A stretch of DNA of 32,000 nucleotides from Bacillus subtilis subsp. subtilis str. 168 (lineage in GTDB: Bacteria > Bacillota > Bacilli > Bacillales > Bacillaceae): contig NC_000964.3 of NCBI RefSeq assembly GCF_000009045.1, positions 2,850,001-2,882,000 of the forward strand, read 5' to 3'. The notes under the pieces are model-generated. The model saw only the letters and a program-made list of their open reading frames with translations. It did no database searches and had not been told where the DNA came from. Positions 1 through 10,734 of the stretch are shown here, piece after piece. Numbering within the stretch: position 1 is the first letter of the stretch; each line of letters begins with the position of its first letter. Position numbers and translations under genes: made by a program.

Positions 1-756
1 CAGCATGCAAATTCTGAAACCGGGATCATTCAGCCCATTCAACACCTGTCTTCATACCTGCACAATAAGGGGATTCTTCTTCATTGCGACGCTGTTCAAA
101 CGTTTGGAAAGATCCCGATCAATACAAAAAATCTGGGAGTAGATGCACTCTCAATGTCCAGCCATAAAATCCACGGTCCTAAAGGAGTAGGGGCGGTCTA
201 TATCCGGCCGGATGTCCCTTGGAAACCCGTTTATCCTCTGACTACTCACGAATACGGATTCAGAGCCGGCACCGTAAATGTTCCCGGGATCGGTGCCTTC
301 ACTGCCGCTGCAGAATTGATCGTAAGCGAAATGGAAAAACAGATATCCCGCAATGAGGCATTAAGAACATACTTTCTAGACCAAATCCGTATTCGGTCTC
401 TCCCTGTAACCCTTGCAGCAGACACTTCGAAAGCAGAATGTCTTCCGCATATTATAGGGTGTTTTTTTCACTCATTTGAAGGACAATATGTTATGTTAGA
501 ATGTAATCGGAGTAATATTTGCATTTCAACCGGCAGCGCTTGTTCTGCAGGTTACCACGGTCCGTCTGAAACAATGAAAGCATTAAGAAAAACCGAACAA
601 GAAGCTCTGCAATTTATCCGCATCTCTTTTGGCAGGCATACAACAGCTGAACAGCTGGAACAGTTATTACATACGTTTACAGTGCTTTGGGAACAAAAGA
701 AAGGAGAATTTGATATTGACCGAAGAATTAAAGCTAATGGGCGCCAACAGGCGTGA
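1..756 (+). CDS. nifS: NifS-like cysteine desulfurase (NAD-biosynthesis associated), 5' truncated by window edge
   Basis: Frame 1 is open from base 1 (QHANSETGIIQPIQHLSSYLHNKGILLHCDAVQTFGKIPI...SSHKIHGPKGVGAVY...STGSACSAG), with the PLP-lysine motif SSHKxxGPKG and the catalytic-Cys loop STGSAC. Stop TGA at 754-756. Followed by niaR as in B. subtilis. Confidence 0.95.
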   Translation, partial: QHANSETGIIQPIQHLSSYLHNKGILLHCDAVQTFGKIPINTKNLGVDALSMSSHKIHGPKGVGAVYIRPDVPWKPVYPLTTHEYGFRAGTVNVPGIGAFTAAAELIVSEMEKQISRNEALRTYFLDQIRIRSLPVTLAADTSKAECLPHIIGCFFHSFEGQYVMLECNRSNICISTGSACSAGYHGPSETMKALRKTEQEALQFIRISFGRHTTAEQLEQLLHTFTVLWEQKKGEFDIDRRIKANGRQQA

Positions 757-1258
757 CCAGCTTCTTCTGTGGCTGAAGGAATCTAAATCACCGCTGACAG
801 GAGGAGAACTCGCAAAAAAAGCGAACGTCTCAAGACAGGTTATTGTACAGGATATATCGCTCTTGAAAGCGAAAAATGTACCGATTATCGCCACAAGCCA
901 AGGATATGTATACATGGATGCAGCCGCTCAGCAGCACCAGCAGGCAGAAAGAATCATAGCATGTCTGCACGGTCCTGAACGGACAGAAGAGGAACTGCAG
1001 CTCATCGTCGACGAAGGCGTTACAGTAAAAGACGTAAAAATCGAGCATCCCGTATACGGAGATTTAACTGCAGCCATCCAAGTAGGCACCCGGAAAGAAG
1101 TTAGCCATTTCATCAAAAAAATCAATTCTACGAATGCTGCCTACTTATCACAGCTGACCGACGGCGTGCACCTGCATACACTGACAGCACCTGATGAACA
1201 TCGCATCGATCAAGCCTGCCAAGCCCTCGAAGAAGCCGGCATTTTAATTAAAGACTAA
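716..1258 (+). CDS. niaR: NiaR/YrxA family nicotinate-responsive transcriptional repressor of NAD biosynthesis (HTH + 3H domain)
   Basis: ORF with N-terminal HTH (GANRRDQLLLWLKESKSPLTGGELAKKANVSRQVIVQDISLLK). Likely TTG start at 716 preceded by AAAGGAG; the track start at 629 is an upstream extension. Overlaps the nifS 3' end by about 41 nt. Confidence 0.9.
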   Translation: MTEELKLMGANRRDQLLLWLKESKSPLTGGELAKKANVSRQVIVQDISLLKAKNVPIIATSQGYVYMDAAAQQHQQAERIIACLHGPERTEEELQLIVDEGVTVKDVKIEHPVYGDLTAAIQVGTRKEVSHFIKKINSTNAAYLSQLTDGVHLHTLTAPDEHRIDQACQALEEAGILIKD

Positions 1259-1284
1259 AAAAAGCCCTCTAGTGGGCTTTTTTT
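1257..1284. terminator. Bidirectional Rho-independent terminator between convergent niaR and pheA
   Basis: AAAAAAAGCCC-TCTAGT-GGGCTTTTTTT: symmetric stem with A-tract and T-tract on each side. The pheA stop lies inside the T-tract. Confidence 0.85.
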
Positions 1285-2140
1285 ATAATTGGTAAGACTG
1301 GTATGCACCCAGAAGCCTCACTTTGCAGCCGAGTGCTTCAAGCTCCTGCATGGCCCCTGGAATCAATACATCATCAAACGCTTTCTCAATATCAATAATA
1401 AAGAAATAATGGCCTAATCCGGTTTTAGTCGGACGTGACTCAATTTTTGACAGGTTTAAATTTCTCCAAGAAAATGCAGACAGCACTCTATGCAGCGCCC
1501 CGGACTGATCATCCTGCGGCAGCATGACCATTAAGGTCGTTTTGGGCCTAGAGCTCAATTTTGAATTCACTTCAAAAGATATGTTTTCATCGGGAGACAG
1601 GATAACAAATCTTGTATGATTGTCCCTATAATCCTGTATATCCCGTTTCACGATTTTTAATTCGTATGTAGAAGCTGCCATATCATTGGCAATGACCCCG
1701 ATATTCAGCTCGGGATGGTCACTGACAAACTTTGCTGCCGCCCCGGTAGAATTGGCGTATTCATATGGAACGGAAGGAAAATGTCGATGAAGAAATTTAT
1801 GGCATTGCGCAATCGCGTGTGAATGTGAGTAAATTTTGTCGAGCTCTTTCCATGCATTCTCTCTTGAGGGATGGACGAGCAAGTGCTGGTGAATCGGCAA
1901 CGTCATTTCACCCACGATTGGCAAAGGCTGTTCATGTATTAAATAGTCTATTGTTAGATTAACAGATCCTTCTAAAGCATTTTCCAAAGGAACAAAAGCA
2001 AAATCAACTTCGCCTGCAACGGCTGCATCTATACACTCCGGAATGGTGCGGTAAGCAACATGTTCGGCGCCGTTTTGAAAACAAGAACTGACTGCTAGAT
2101 GTGTAAATGTAGCTGCTGGACCTAAATAACCGACTTTCAT
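1283..2140 (-). CDS. pheA: Prephenate dehydratase
   Basis: 285 aa from MKVGYLGPAATFTHLA; contains GALENSVEGSV-like (VPLENALEGSVNLTIDYL), TRF (HTRFVIL) and ESRPTKTGLGHYFFFID-type (ESRPTKTGLGHYFFIID) ACT-domain motif. Track start MHKGEKIV is an upstream extension. Confidence 0.97.
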   Translation of the reverse strand: MKVGYLGPAATFTHLAVSSCFQNGAEHVAYRTIPECIDAAVAGEVDFAFVPLENALEGSVNLTIDYLIHEQPLPIVGEMTLPIHQHLLVHPSRENAWKELDKIYSHSHAIAQCHKFLHRHFPSVPYEYANSTGAAAKFVSDHPELNIGVIANDMAASTYELKIVKRDIQDYRDNHTRFVILSPDENISFEVNSKLSSRPKTTLMVMLPQDDQSGALHRVLSAFSWRNLNLSKIESRPTKTGLGHYFFIIDIEKAFDDVLIPGAMQELEALGCKVRLLGAYQSYQL

Positions 2141-2156
2141 GACGATTTTCTCTCCC

Positions 2157-2600
2157 TTATGCACCTGAACCTAATATTTCAACCTTTTCTACAAAATCAA
2201 ACTTCCTGAGCTTATTCATTAATGTATGAATGTCTTCTTCCATTGCCGACGTACTGATAGACAGTGTCACATTTGCTCTGCCTTGAAGCGGAATGGTCTG
2301 GTGAATGGAAAGAACGTTGCTTCCAGAATCAGCTACCGCCTGAAGAAGCTGAGATAACGCACCTGACCTATCCTCCAAATGAAAGAAAAGTGTGATAATT
2401 TGTTCTTTTACCATGGTGTAGAATGGAAAAACAGCATCCCTGTATTTATAAAACGCACTTCTACTTAAATCGACCTTTTGAACGGCATCTGCTACTGAAT
2501 CTGCTTTTTTTCGATCAAGCAGCTTTTTGACTTCTAATGTTTTTCTCATTGCATCGGGCAATACATCTTCACGGACAAGATAAAATGTCTCCTCTTTCAT
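2157..2600 (-). CDS. pheB: ACT domain-containing protein PheB
   Basis: 147 aa from [21 protein letters not shown], preceded by a G-rich SD (GGGGGG). C-terminal ACT-like domain; adjacent to pheA. Confidence 0.93.
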   Translation of the reverse strand: MKEETFYLVREDVLPDAMRKTLEVKKLLDRKKADSVADAVQKVDLSRSAFYKYRDAVFPFYTMVKEQIITLFFHLEDRSGALSQLLQAVADSGSNVLSIHQTIPLQGRANVTLSISTSAMEEDIHTLMNKLRKFDFVEKVEILGSGA

Positions 2601-2620
2601 TTGCATCCCCCCTTTAAAAT

Positions 2621-2644
2621 AGAGAGCCTGGCACCAGGCTCTCT
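2621..2644 (-). terminator. Hairpin between obg and pheB, possible partial terminator or processing site
   Basis: AGAGAGCCTGG-TG-CCAGGCTCTCT on the minus strand, followed by ATTTTAAAG (weak T-tract). Confidence 0.5.
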
Positions 2645-2660
2645 TTTCAGCCAACATTGA

Positions 2661-3968
<1,308 letters not shown>

Positions 3969-3980
3969 TTAAAAACTCCG

Positions 3981-4559
3981 CTAGTCCAACCCAATTTCAA
4001 TCAGACATTCGTGACTCGTGATTTCAAAACGCATGATATCAACGTCCTCATATCCATTCTGCCGAATATCATCAAAAGCAGATGGATCGGCAAAGGCGCC
4101 GTGAAAATCAAGGTACAGAATCAGCTGTCTGTCAGGATGATCCGTTTGAAGCGAAACCGTTAAATGATTTTCACTCTCTCTGCTGACTGCTTGATCAAAC
4201 AGATGAAACAGCTTTCTCATCAGTTTCGCCAGCTTTTGATCATAAGCCGACAAATCCTTAATTTCTCCGAGAACTTCATATTCAAGCGTCATATAATGGG
4301 TTTTCCAATTAAACGTAAGAAAATCAAACGCCAAATGCGGTGTTTTCAGGTTTGAGAGCTTTGATTCGTGCTTTGCGTCTATAACCATTTCTTCAATCAT
4401 TTCAAAGACACGGTCATACTTCTGTAAGCTTAAGTTTCCTTTAATCAGCTGCAGCTTATTCATCCAATCATGCCGGGAATGGCCAAGCAGATGAATCAGT
4501 TCGTTTGTTAATGCCGTGTCGCTTATATTTTCTTCTTGATTTTTTGAAACATCCTTCAT
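3981..4559 (-). CDS. spo0B: Sporulation initiation phosphotransferase Spo0B
   Basis: 192 aa from MKDVSKNQEENISDTALTNELIHLLGHSRHDWMNKLQLIKG; phosphoacceptor His in LGHSRHDWMNKLQ. Track start is 6 aa upstream. Confidence 0.96.
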   Translation of the reverse strand: MKDVSKNQEENISDTALTNELIHLLGHSRHDWMNKLQLIKGNLSLQKYDRVFEMIEEMVIDAKHESKLSNLKTPHLAFDFLTFNWKTHYMTLEYEVLGEIKDLSAYDQKLAKLMRKLFHLFDQAVSRESENHLTVSLQTDHPDRQLILYLDFHGAFADPSAFDDIRQNGYEDVDIMRFEITSHECLIEIGLD

Positions 4560-4837
4560 TTTCGCACTCCCAATCATTTAATTTCTTATTTAGGAGTCTG
4601 TATAAGTGTGTATTATGAATTATAACAGAGAAGGCTTTGTTAGAAAAACAATTGTTTTTCCCAGAAATATCATGTTCCTTTTTTCTGGCTTTGGTTGATT
4701 TGCAGCCAGGCAGAACATTTTATGTATTACTGCTTGGGGAACATATCCAGTGGGTTTGAGATGTTTATTCTCATTCTTGGCGGGGTCTGCTCGCACATAC
4801 TCTGCATTTCATTCTAGGTGTTTACTCCGCATATTGC

Positions 4838-4873
4838 AAAAAAAACTCCAGTCATCATCGACCGGAGTTTTTT
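4838..4873 (-). terminator. Rho-independent terminator downstream of rpmA
   Basis: Minus strand AACTCCGGTC-GATGAT-GACTGGAGTT followed by TTTTTT. Confidence 0.85.
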
Positions 4874-4879
4874 GAATCA

Positions 4880-5176
<297 letters not shown>

Positions 5177-5515
5177 CTATATTATGTTTGTGGTCACACG
5201 CAAGTTGTCTTTGTAATCCCGTTCGATTGTCTCCAGCGAAACAATCATGCCTTCAATCAGCAGCTGAGCTTTTTGGCGTGCCTCTGGATCAAGAGATTCA
5301 GGGAATTCAAAATAAAAATAACCCCCGTCCTCTCCTATATCAAGAAGCGGCTCGAAGCCCGCGAGCACAATGACCGCGTTAACGGCCCCAAACACAACGG
5401 CTGTCACTCCGGCACAAACAAGATCTTGTCCATGTTCAGCAAAATTCGCATGGCCCGTCATTTCAAAAGACAATATGCCTTTATCATGAGACCTTCTGAT
5501 TGTTGCCTGAATCAT
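5177..5515 (-). CDS. prp: Prp (YsxB) cysteine protease that processes L27
   Basis: 112 aa, MIQATIRRSHDKGILSFEMTGHANFAEHGQDLVCAGVTAV; His (GHA) and Cys (LVCAGVT) catalytic motifs. Located between rplU and rpmA. Confidence 0.95.
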   Translation of the reverse strand: MIQATIRRSHDKGILSFEMTGHANFAEHGQDLVCAGVTAVVFGAVNAVIVLAGFEPLLDIGEDGGYFYFEFPESLDPEARQKAQLLIEGMIVSLETIERDYKDNLRVTTNII

Positions 5516-5517
5516 GC

Positions 5518-5838
<321 letters not shown>

Positions 5839-5839
5839 C

Positions 5840-5935
5840 TATTAGACTAAGACTCGCCAGATACCAGGGGGCTGTAAAAGCTCTTAACACCTGTACTGAG
5901 CGGTTGTAGCAATGGTGCTACATCCATAACATTAA
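5840..5935 (-). ncRNA. L21 leader (rplU 5' UTR structured element)
   Basis: Immediately upstream of rplU. Minus strand contains ATGTAGCACCATTGCTACAACCGCTCAGTACAGGTG...CAGCCCCCTGGTATCTGG; hairpin GTAGCA-CCAT-TGCTAC. Boundaries approximate; the family is known upstream of rplU in Bacillota. Confidence 0.7.
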
Positions 5936-5972
5936 AAAATATACCAAAATACAAGGCGTTTGTCAATCAGTT

Positions 5973-6839
5973 TTAGTAGGGCAGAAGCAGTTCCTCCATG
6001 GAAGAATTCGTCCGCTTATCGGCAAAGTAAGCGTGCAGCACTTCATTCTCGTCAAGCTGGCTGAGCTTTTGGCCTGATTTTTCTATAATAATCGGATGCT
6101 TACAGCCACGTTTGAACTCGGCCATCACATGATAGACTTTATCCTCCGCCTTTACTGTCAGCGGCAGAAGTTTCTCAAGCTCCCTGTTTTTTCCGTAATA
6201 CCTTTCGAGGAGAAATCTCACATGGATATAGTGCCTTTGCCGATATTCCTCAAACAAGGAAACAGCCAGAAAGACAAACAAAACCCATGCGCTGATTTGC
6301 AGAGGAATCACGAATAAAACCCAGCACCCGAGCAGCAGGCAGAAGCAGAGCGACGTTTTTAGATTAAGCCGGTGAGCCTTTTGAAAAGGCAGCTGTTTGG
6401 AAAACAACAAAAATAACAGTTTTCCTCCATCCAGCGGCCAGATCGGCAGTAAATTGACAAATAAGATAGAAAGATTATAAAAGGTGAAGAGTTCAAAGGT
6501 ATGCTGATGAATCACTGAGACTTCTGCAAGCATCCAGGCGGCAAACTGAAGCCAGATGTGCTGAAGAGGTCCGGCAATAATGACCGCAAACTCTTCCTTT
6601 AACGGCCGATTCCCGTGCTCTTCCACTTCGACCGTTCCGCCAAACGGCAGCAAAAAAACACGCTTGATTCTCCAAGAAAAAAACACAGCCAGAGCAGCAT
6701 GCCCCAGCTCATGAATCAATACAATCAGGAGCAGACATAATAATGCTTTCATATGGCCTGTGAGCAAGCCCAGCGCCGCAATAATCCAAAGAAAAGGATG
6801 CACATGGATCTTTAAGATAAGGTCGAGCCATTTATTCAA
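5973..6839 (-). CDS. spoIVFB: SpoIVFB intramembrane zinc metalloprotease (site-2 protease family), pro-sigmaK processing
   Basis: 288 aa; HELGH motif in LIVLIHELGHAALAV, second motif NLLPIWPLDGGK, C-terminal CBS-like region. Confidence 0.98.
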   Translation of the reverse strand: MNKWLDLILKIHVHPFLWIIAALGLLTGHMKALLCLLLIVLIHELGHAALAVFFSWRIKRVFLLPFGGTVEVEEHGNRPLKEEFAVIIAGPLQHIWLQFAAWMLAEVSVIHQHTFELFTFYNLSILFVNLLPIWPLDGGKLLFLLFSKQLPFQKAHRLNLKTSLCFCLLLGCWVLFVIPLQISAWVLFVFLAVSLFEEYRQRHYIHVRFLLERYYGKNRELEKLLPLTVKAEDKVYHVMAEFKRGCKHPIIIEKSGQKLSQLDENEVLHAYFADKRTNSSMEELLLPY

Positions 6840-7626
6840 ATGAAATCACCTGAATCGGATCAATAAATTTATCGCCGTCTTTCATGGCAAAATAATAGAC
6901 CCCTTTATTATGATCATCAAGCTTAATCGAACCGAGCTTTTTGCCTTTATCCACAAAATCATATAAAGCAACATCCACATCTTTGAGCTCGCCATAGATA
7001 CTATAGGTGTTGTCAGCATGCTGCACCTTAACCGTCAGTCCCGTTTGGCTGTCTTTGCTGACTTCAACCACATAGCCTTCTTTTACGCTATCAATCTTAT
7101 CACTGCTTGTTTCGACTTTAATTCCTTCCCCATTGTCCTGAAAATCCTGCTGTACTTTCCCGGATGCAGGCGCGATCAGATCTTTGCCTACTTCAATCTG
7201 CTGTTCCTTATTTTTGTGTTCAGGAGCCAGGAAAGCAAGCGGATTTCCGAATTTGGTTTCGAACCAATGGCTTGCTGAAGCAAATTGAAATTCAGTTTCA
7301 AAGGTTTTGGCTACGGCGGGTTTAATCTGACTGACGGGTCCAATGTTTGTTTTATAGGCTATAGCTGAAACGAGAACAAGGCAGGCCGACAGAAGACATT
7401 TCAGGATAATTGAATCTGTTTTCACCAATGGGTGTTTTCCGTTGAATGTTGGCATGTTATCTTCGTAGACCGGAAGTGTTCCATGCTTTTCCTGATCCGT
7501 TACCATCACCCAGGACGGGGGTTTCTGCTTTTCAGAAACTGTCTGAGTAGAGAAACGTTTTGAGCCGGAAAGCTGCTTTCTTCTTTTCTCTAATCGTTTT
7601 CTGATTTCATCTGCTCTGTGACTCAT
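6832..7626 (-). CDS. spoIVFA: SpoIVFA, regulator of SpoIVFB
   Basis: 264 aa from MSHRADEIRKRLEKRRKQL; one TM (ILKCLLSACLVLVSAIAY) and C-terminal M23-like domain. Overlaps spoIVFB by 8 nt. Confidence 0.95.
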   Translation of the reverse strand: MSHRADEIRKRLEKRRKQLSGSKRFSTQTVSEKQKPPSWVMVTDQEKHGTLPVYEDNMPTFNGKHPLVKTDSIILKCLLSACLVLVSAIAYKTNIGPVSQIKPAVAKTFETEFQFASASHWFETKFGNPLAFLAPEHKNKEQQIEVGKDLIAPASGKVQQDFQDNGEGIKVETSSDKIDSVKEGYVVEVSKDSQTGLTVKVQHADNTYSIYGELKDVDVALYDFVDKGKKLGSIKLDDHNKGVYYFAMKDGDKFIDPIQVISFE

Positions 7627-7659
7627 TGCCATCATCCTTTGCATTCGTTGGGTTTGTAC

Positions 7660-7686
7660 ATCATATGTCTTGTCCATGGCAAATAT
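7660..7686 (-). promoter_or_regulatory. Putative sigmaE promoter of spoIVFAB
   Basis: Minus strand GAATATT (ATATT core at 7682-7686), 14 nt, CATATGAT (7660-7667). Consistent with mother-cell expression of this operon. Confidence 0.6.
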
Positions 7687-7719
7687 TCGGTTTAGTCAAG
7701 AACAAAGCAGGCAAAAACA

Positions 7720-7751
7720 AAAAAAACCTGACACAGCATATGCTTTGTCAG
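7720..7751 (-). terminator. Rho-independent terminator downstream of minD
   Basis: Minus strand CTGACAAAGCAT-ATGCTGTGTCAG followed by GTTTTTTTT. Confidence 0.85.
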
Positions 7752-7775
7752 ATTCTTCTCTTTGATTCTATCACA

Positions 7776-8582
7776 TTAAGATCTTACTCCGAAAAATGAC
7801 TTAATCTTAGCCATCATTCCTTTGTTTTGCTCTTCAAGCACCTGTAAAGGAACAGATTCACCTAAGATGCGGCGGGCAATATTGCGATATGCAATGGAAG
7901 CGCGGTTTTTAGGGTCCATCGCAATCGGTTCGCCATGATTGGAAGCTTTAATGACTTCATCATCATCAGCCACGATTCCGAGCAAATCGATCGACAGATG
8001 CTGTACGATTTCGTCGATATCCATCGTGTCACCGTTTTTCATCAGGTGATTTCTGATTCTGTTAACAACGAGCCGCGGCGGTTCAATATTTTCCTCTTGC
8101 TCCAGCAGTCCTATAATACGGTCAGCATCACGAACAGCTGAGATTTCAGGCGTAGTGACCACAATCGCTTTATCAGCTCCGGAAACGGCATTTTTGTACC
8201 CTTGCTCGATTCCGGCAGGACAGTCTATGATGACATAGTCAAATTCCTGTTTGAGCTCTTGGACCATGTTTTTAATTTGTTCAGGAGCAACAGCTGTCTT
8301 ATCGCTCGTTTGAGCAGCGGGCATTAAATAGAGCAGATCATCGAAACGTTTGTCTTTTACGAGCGCCTGATGCATTTTGCATCTGCCCTCTACAACGTCT
8401 ACCAGATCGTAAATAATTCTATTTTCAAGACCCATTACAACATCAAGGTTGCGCAGTCCTATATCAGTATCTACTAAGCATACGCGCTTCCCTAAAATGG
8501 CTAAGGCGGTACCGAGGTTCGCAGATGTTGTTGTCTTACCTACTCCGCCTTTTCCCGAAGTTATTACGATAGCCTCACCCAA
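7776..8582 (-). CDS. minD: Septum site-determining ATPase MinD
   Basis: 268 aa starting TTG (8582) with SD GGGAGG; deviant Walker A GKGGVGKTT, C-terminal amphipathic helix KGMMAKIKSFFG. Confidence 0.97.
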   Translation of the reverse strand: MGEAIVITSGKGGVGKTTTSANLGTALAILGKRVCLVDTDIGLRNLDVVMGLENRIIYDLVDVVEGRCKMHQALVKDKRFDDLLYLMPAAQTSDKTAVAPEQIKNMVQELKQEFDYVIIDCPAGIEQGYKNAVSGADKAIVVTTPEISAVRDADRIIGLLEQEENIEPPRLVVNRIRNHLMKNGDTMDIDEIVQHLSIDLLGIVADDDEVIKASNHGEPIAMDPKNRASIAYRNIARRILGESVPLQVLEEQNKGMMAKIKSFFGVRS

Positions 8583-8583
8583 T

Positions 8584-9264
8584 TCACATTCCTCCCTCAA
8601 GCCTTGTTAGATCAGGTCTTAAATGAGCCAAATGTTGAAGGCGTTCAATGACCATATTTCCGTCTGTATCTAAATAAGCACATTCCATTTCGTTCCCTTT
8701 TTGAATGTGGTCTGGGGAGCGATTTAACACATGATTGATTCTTAATTGTGTCGGAAGCATTTCAGAGGCGGCGATGACCGCTTGATTATTTCCATTGAAT
8801 CCAGCATGCGCAATTCCTTTCAGTGAGCCCAGAACAAAAATGTTCCCTCCGGCCCTGACTGTTCCGCCGGGATTCACGTCACCGATCAGGAGCAAGTCGC
8901 CTTTTACCTGCAGCACTTGGCCTGAACGGACAATTTTTGAAACAGAAATAATTTCGGCTTCCTCTCTTATCTGCTGTGCTTCTTTTTTAGTAATGACTTC
9001 ACTGTCAATAGAATGAACAAACAAATCTTTCTTTGACGCAATCAATTCGGTTAGCTGTTCCTCTTGCTCCTTATATAAAAAGCGATTTCCCAGCTTAACA
9101 TGAACGCTGATTTTCTGGCCTTTTCCATCGGTATATTGTTCAATTGACAGCATATTCTGAAGACCATCGAGAAGCTCATCAAAAGAACACGCATCATCCA
9201 GATGCAATGTTAGTCCATTCTTTGTTCCTTTTATTGTTACATATTGCTGCTTTTTGGTCTTCAC
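8584..9264 (-). CDS. minC: Septum site-determining protein MinC
   Basis: 226 aa, likely GTG start at 9264; beta-helix domain [28 protein letters not shown]. Confidence 0.97.
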   Translation of the reverse strand: MKTKKQQYVTIKGTKNGLTLHLDDACSFDELLDGLQNMLSIEQYTDGKGQKISVHVKLGNRFLYKEQEEQLTELIASKKDLFVHSIDSEVITKKEAQQIREEAEIISVSKIVRSGQVLQVKGDLLLIGDVNPGGTVRAGGNIFVLGSLKGIAHAGFNGNNQAVIAASEMLPTQLRINHVLNRSPDHIQKGNEMECAYLDTDGNMVIERLQHLAHLRPDLTRLEGGM

Positions 9265-9316
9265 AATATTCACCTCAACAACATACTCATTTCGTCAAAA
9301 AAAGATAAAATCCTTT

Positions 9317-9835
9317 TTACTCATCTCTCAATTCTTTCTTTAGACTCATAAAAAACAATCTAAATGGCAGAACAAGAATAAGAGCTGCTGCAATATTTAA
9401 TAAAATTGTCGGTATAAACCGGTCAAGCACAAATCCGTTAAACGTCATAATGTCTTTATGAATCAAAGACTGAATGCCGAATACGTAAAATTCGAGCAGA
9501 CAGACAGCCAGAACTGCTATCAATATCACTACAAATGCGTTTGTATGCAACACTTTAAACGCTTTTGAAGCCAAATAGCATAGCCCTGCAAAACCAAACA
9601 TGTAAACGCCTAATAGACTTGTATAGTTCATGTCATATAGAAAGCCAAAAATAAATCCGTAAATCATCGCGTGTTTTTGGTTGATAAAAGCCGACATGAA
9701 TATCAATACAAGCATCAAAAAACGCGGGGCGAGCACTTGGTCATCTGTAACGAAAGGAAAATGCACCAAATCTGTAAAAATGCTTTCCGCAGAAAAAACA
9801 AGCATCATAACGAAAGGGAGAAGGAAACGTTTCAC
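9317..9835 (-). CDS. mreD: Rod shape-determining protein MreD
   Basis: 172 aa multi-TM protein directly downstream of mreC; overlaps mreC by 4 nt. Confidence 0.95.
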   Translation of the reverse strand: MKRFLLPFVMMLVFSAESIFTDLVHFPFVTDDQVLAPRFLMLVLIFMSAFINQKHAMIYGFIFGFLYDMNYTSLLGVYMFGFAGLCYLASKAFKVLHTNAFVVILIAVLAVCLLEFYVFGIQSLIHKDIMTFNGFVLDRFIPTILLNIAAALILVLPFRLFFMSLKKELRDE

Positions 9836-10704
9836 GATCCTTCCTCCTCTGTATCGACAGTCGGCACGTCACGGTTAACAACGATCACATTATTTAAATC
9901 TGTAAGGTCAGCCGCAGGTTTTACATAAGCAACCTTCGTTAATCCATAGGAATCTGACTCGATATCAGTCACTTCACCGATTGTCAGCCCTTCTGGGAAA
10001 ACACCGCCTGTCCCTGATGTTTCAATAAGATCGCCTTTTTTCACGTCTTGTTTATCCTTACGCTCAATAATTGTCATCTTAAGACGTTTTTTCTCTTTGT
10101 CATATCCTTCGATCAAGCCGTAGCCTTTGCTGCCTTTTTTTCCGGAAATTTTTGTCGCGACTCTGTTATTGCGGTCAGTATCGCTTAAAAGCTGAACAGC
10201 AGACGTAAAATTGTTAAGTCCGGAGCTTTTGATCTTGCCGATTAATGCGCCTTTTTCGTTTGTAACGGCCATATCTTTCGCTACGTTTTGCTGAGTCCCC
10301 TTGTTAATGGTGACCTGTTTCGCCCAATTATCAGGGCTTCTGGCGATGACCGTTGCTAAAATCGGCTTGTAATCTTTAATCGATTTGACATGGCCAAGCT
10401 CGTCACGCAAGGATTTGTTTTCTTCTTCAAGCTCTTGAAGCTTGGCTTCATATTGTGTCTGTCCGTCAAGTTTTTCTCTTAGACGCTCGTTTTCTTTGTA
10501 TGTGTTTTTTAAATCATTGATGTTCTCAAATATTCCTGCAAAAAATTCGGCAGGCGTATGAAAAATATTTTGAAATACTCCCGTCGTATCGCCGATCACT
10601 TTCTCAGGCCAGGTGGTATTGCGGCCGCCCTTCAGCGAAAATCCAATCATAGCCACCAATATGATAATACACAGAAGTAATAGCATTAACCGCTTATTCG
10701 GCAT
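9832..10704 (-). CDS. mreC: Rod shape-determining protein MreC
   Basis: 290 aa; N-terminal TM, coiled coil, beta domains (VIARSPDNWAKQVTINKG...GLIGKI), between mreB and mreD. Confidence 0.97.
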   Translation of the reverse strand: MPNKRLMLLLLCIIILVAMIGFSLKGGRNTTWPEKVIGDTTGVFQNIFHTPAEFFAGIFENINDLKNTYKENERLREKLDGQTQYEAKLQELEEENKSLRDELGHVKSIKDYKPILATVIARSPDNWAKQVTINKGTQQNVAKDMAVTNEKGALIGKIKSSGLNNFTSAVQLLSDTDRNNRVATKISGKKGSKGYGLIEGYDKEKKRLKMTIIERKDKQDVKKGDLIETSGTGGVFPEGLTIGEVTDIESDSYGLTKVAYVKPAADLTDLNNVIVVNRDVPTVDTEEEGS

Positions 10705-10734
10705 CGTGTTACACCTCTTCTATTGAACTCCCGA

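Noticed and set aside
1-153. Apparent missing 5' part of the nifS ORF in the track (starts at 154)
   Set aside because: The frame is fully open from base 1 and encodes expected NifS sequence. The track only starts at an internal ATG.
6832-6839. Overlaps such as spoIVFA/spoIVFB, mreC/mreD, hemB/hemD, hemD/hemC and ysxC/lonA as anomalies
   Set aside because: Short ATGA-type or few-nt overlaps are normal translational coupling in bacterial operons.
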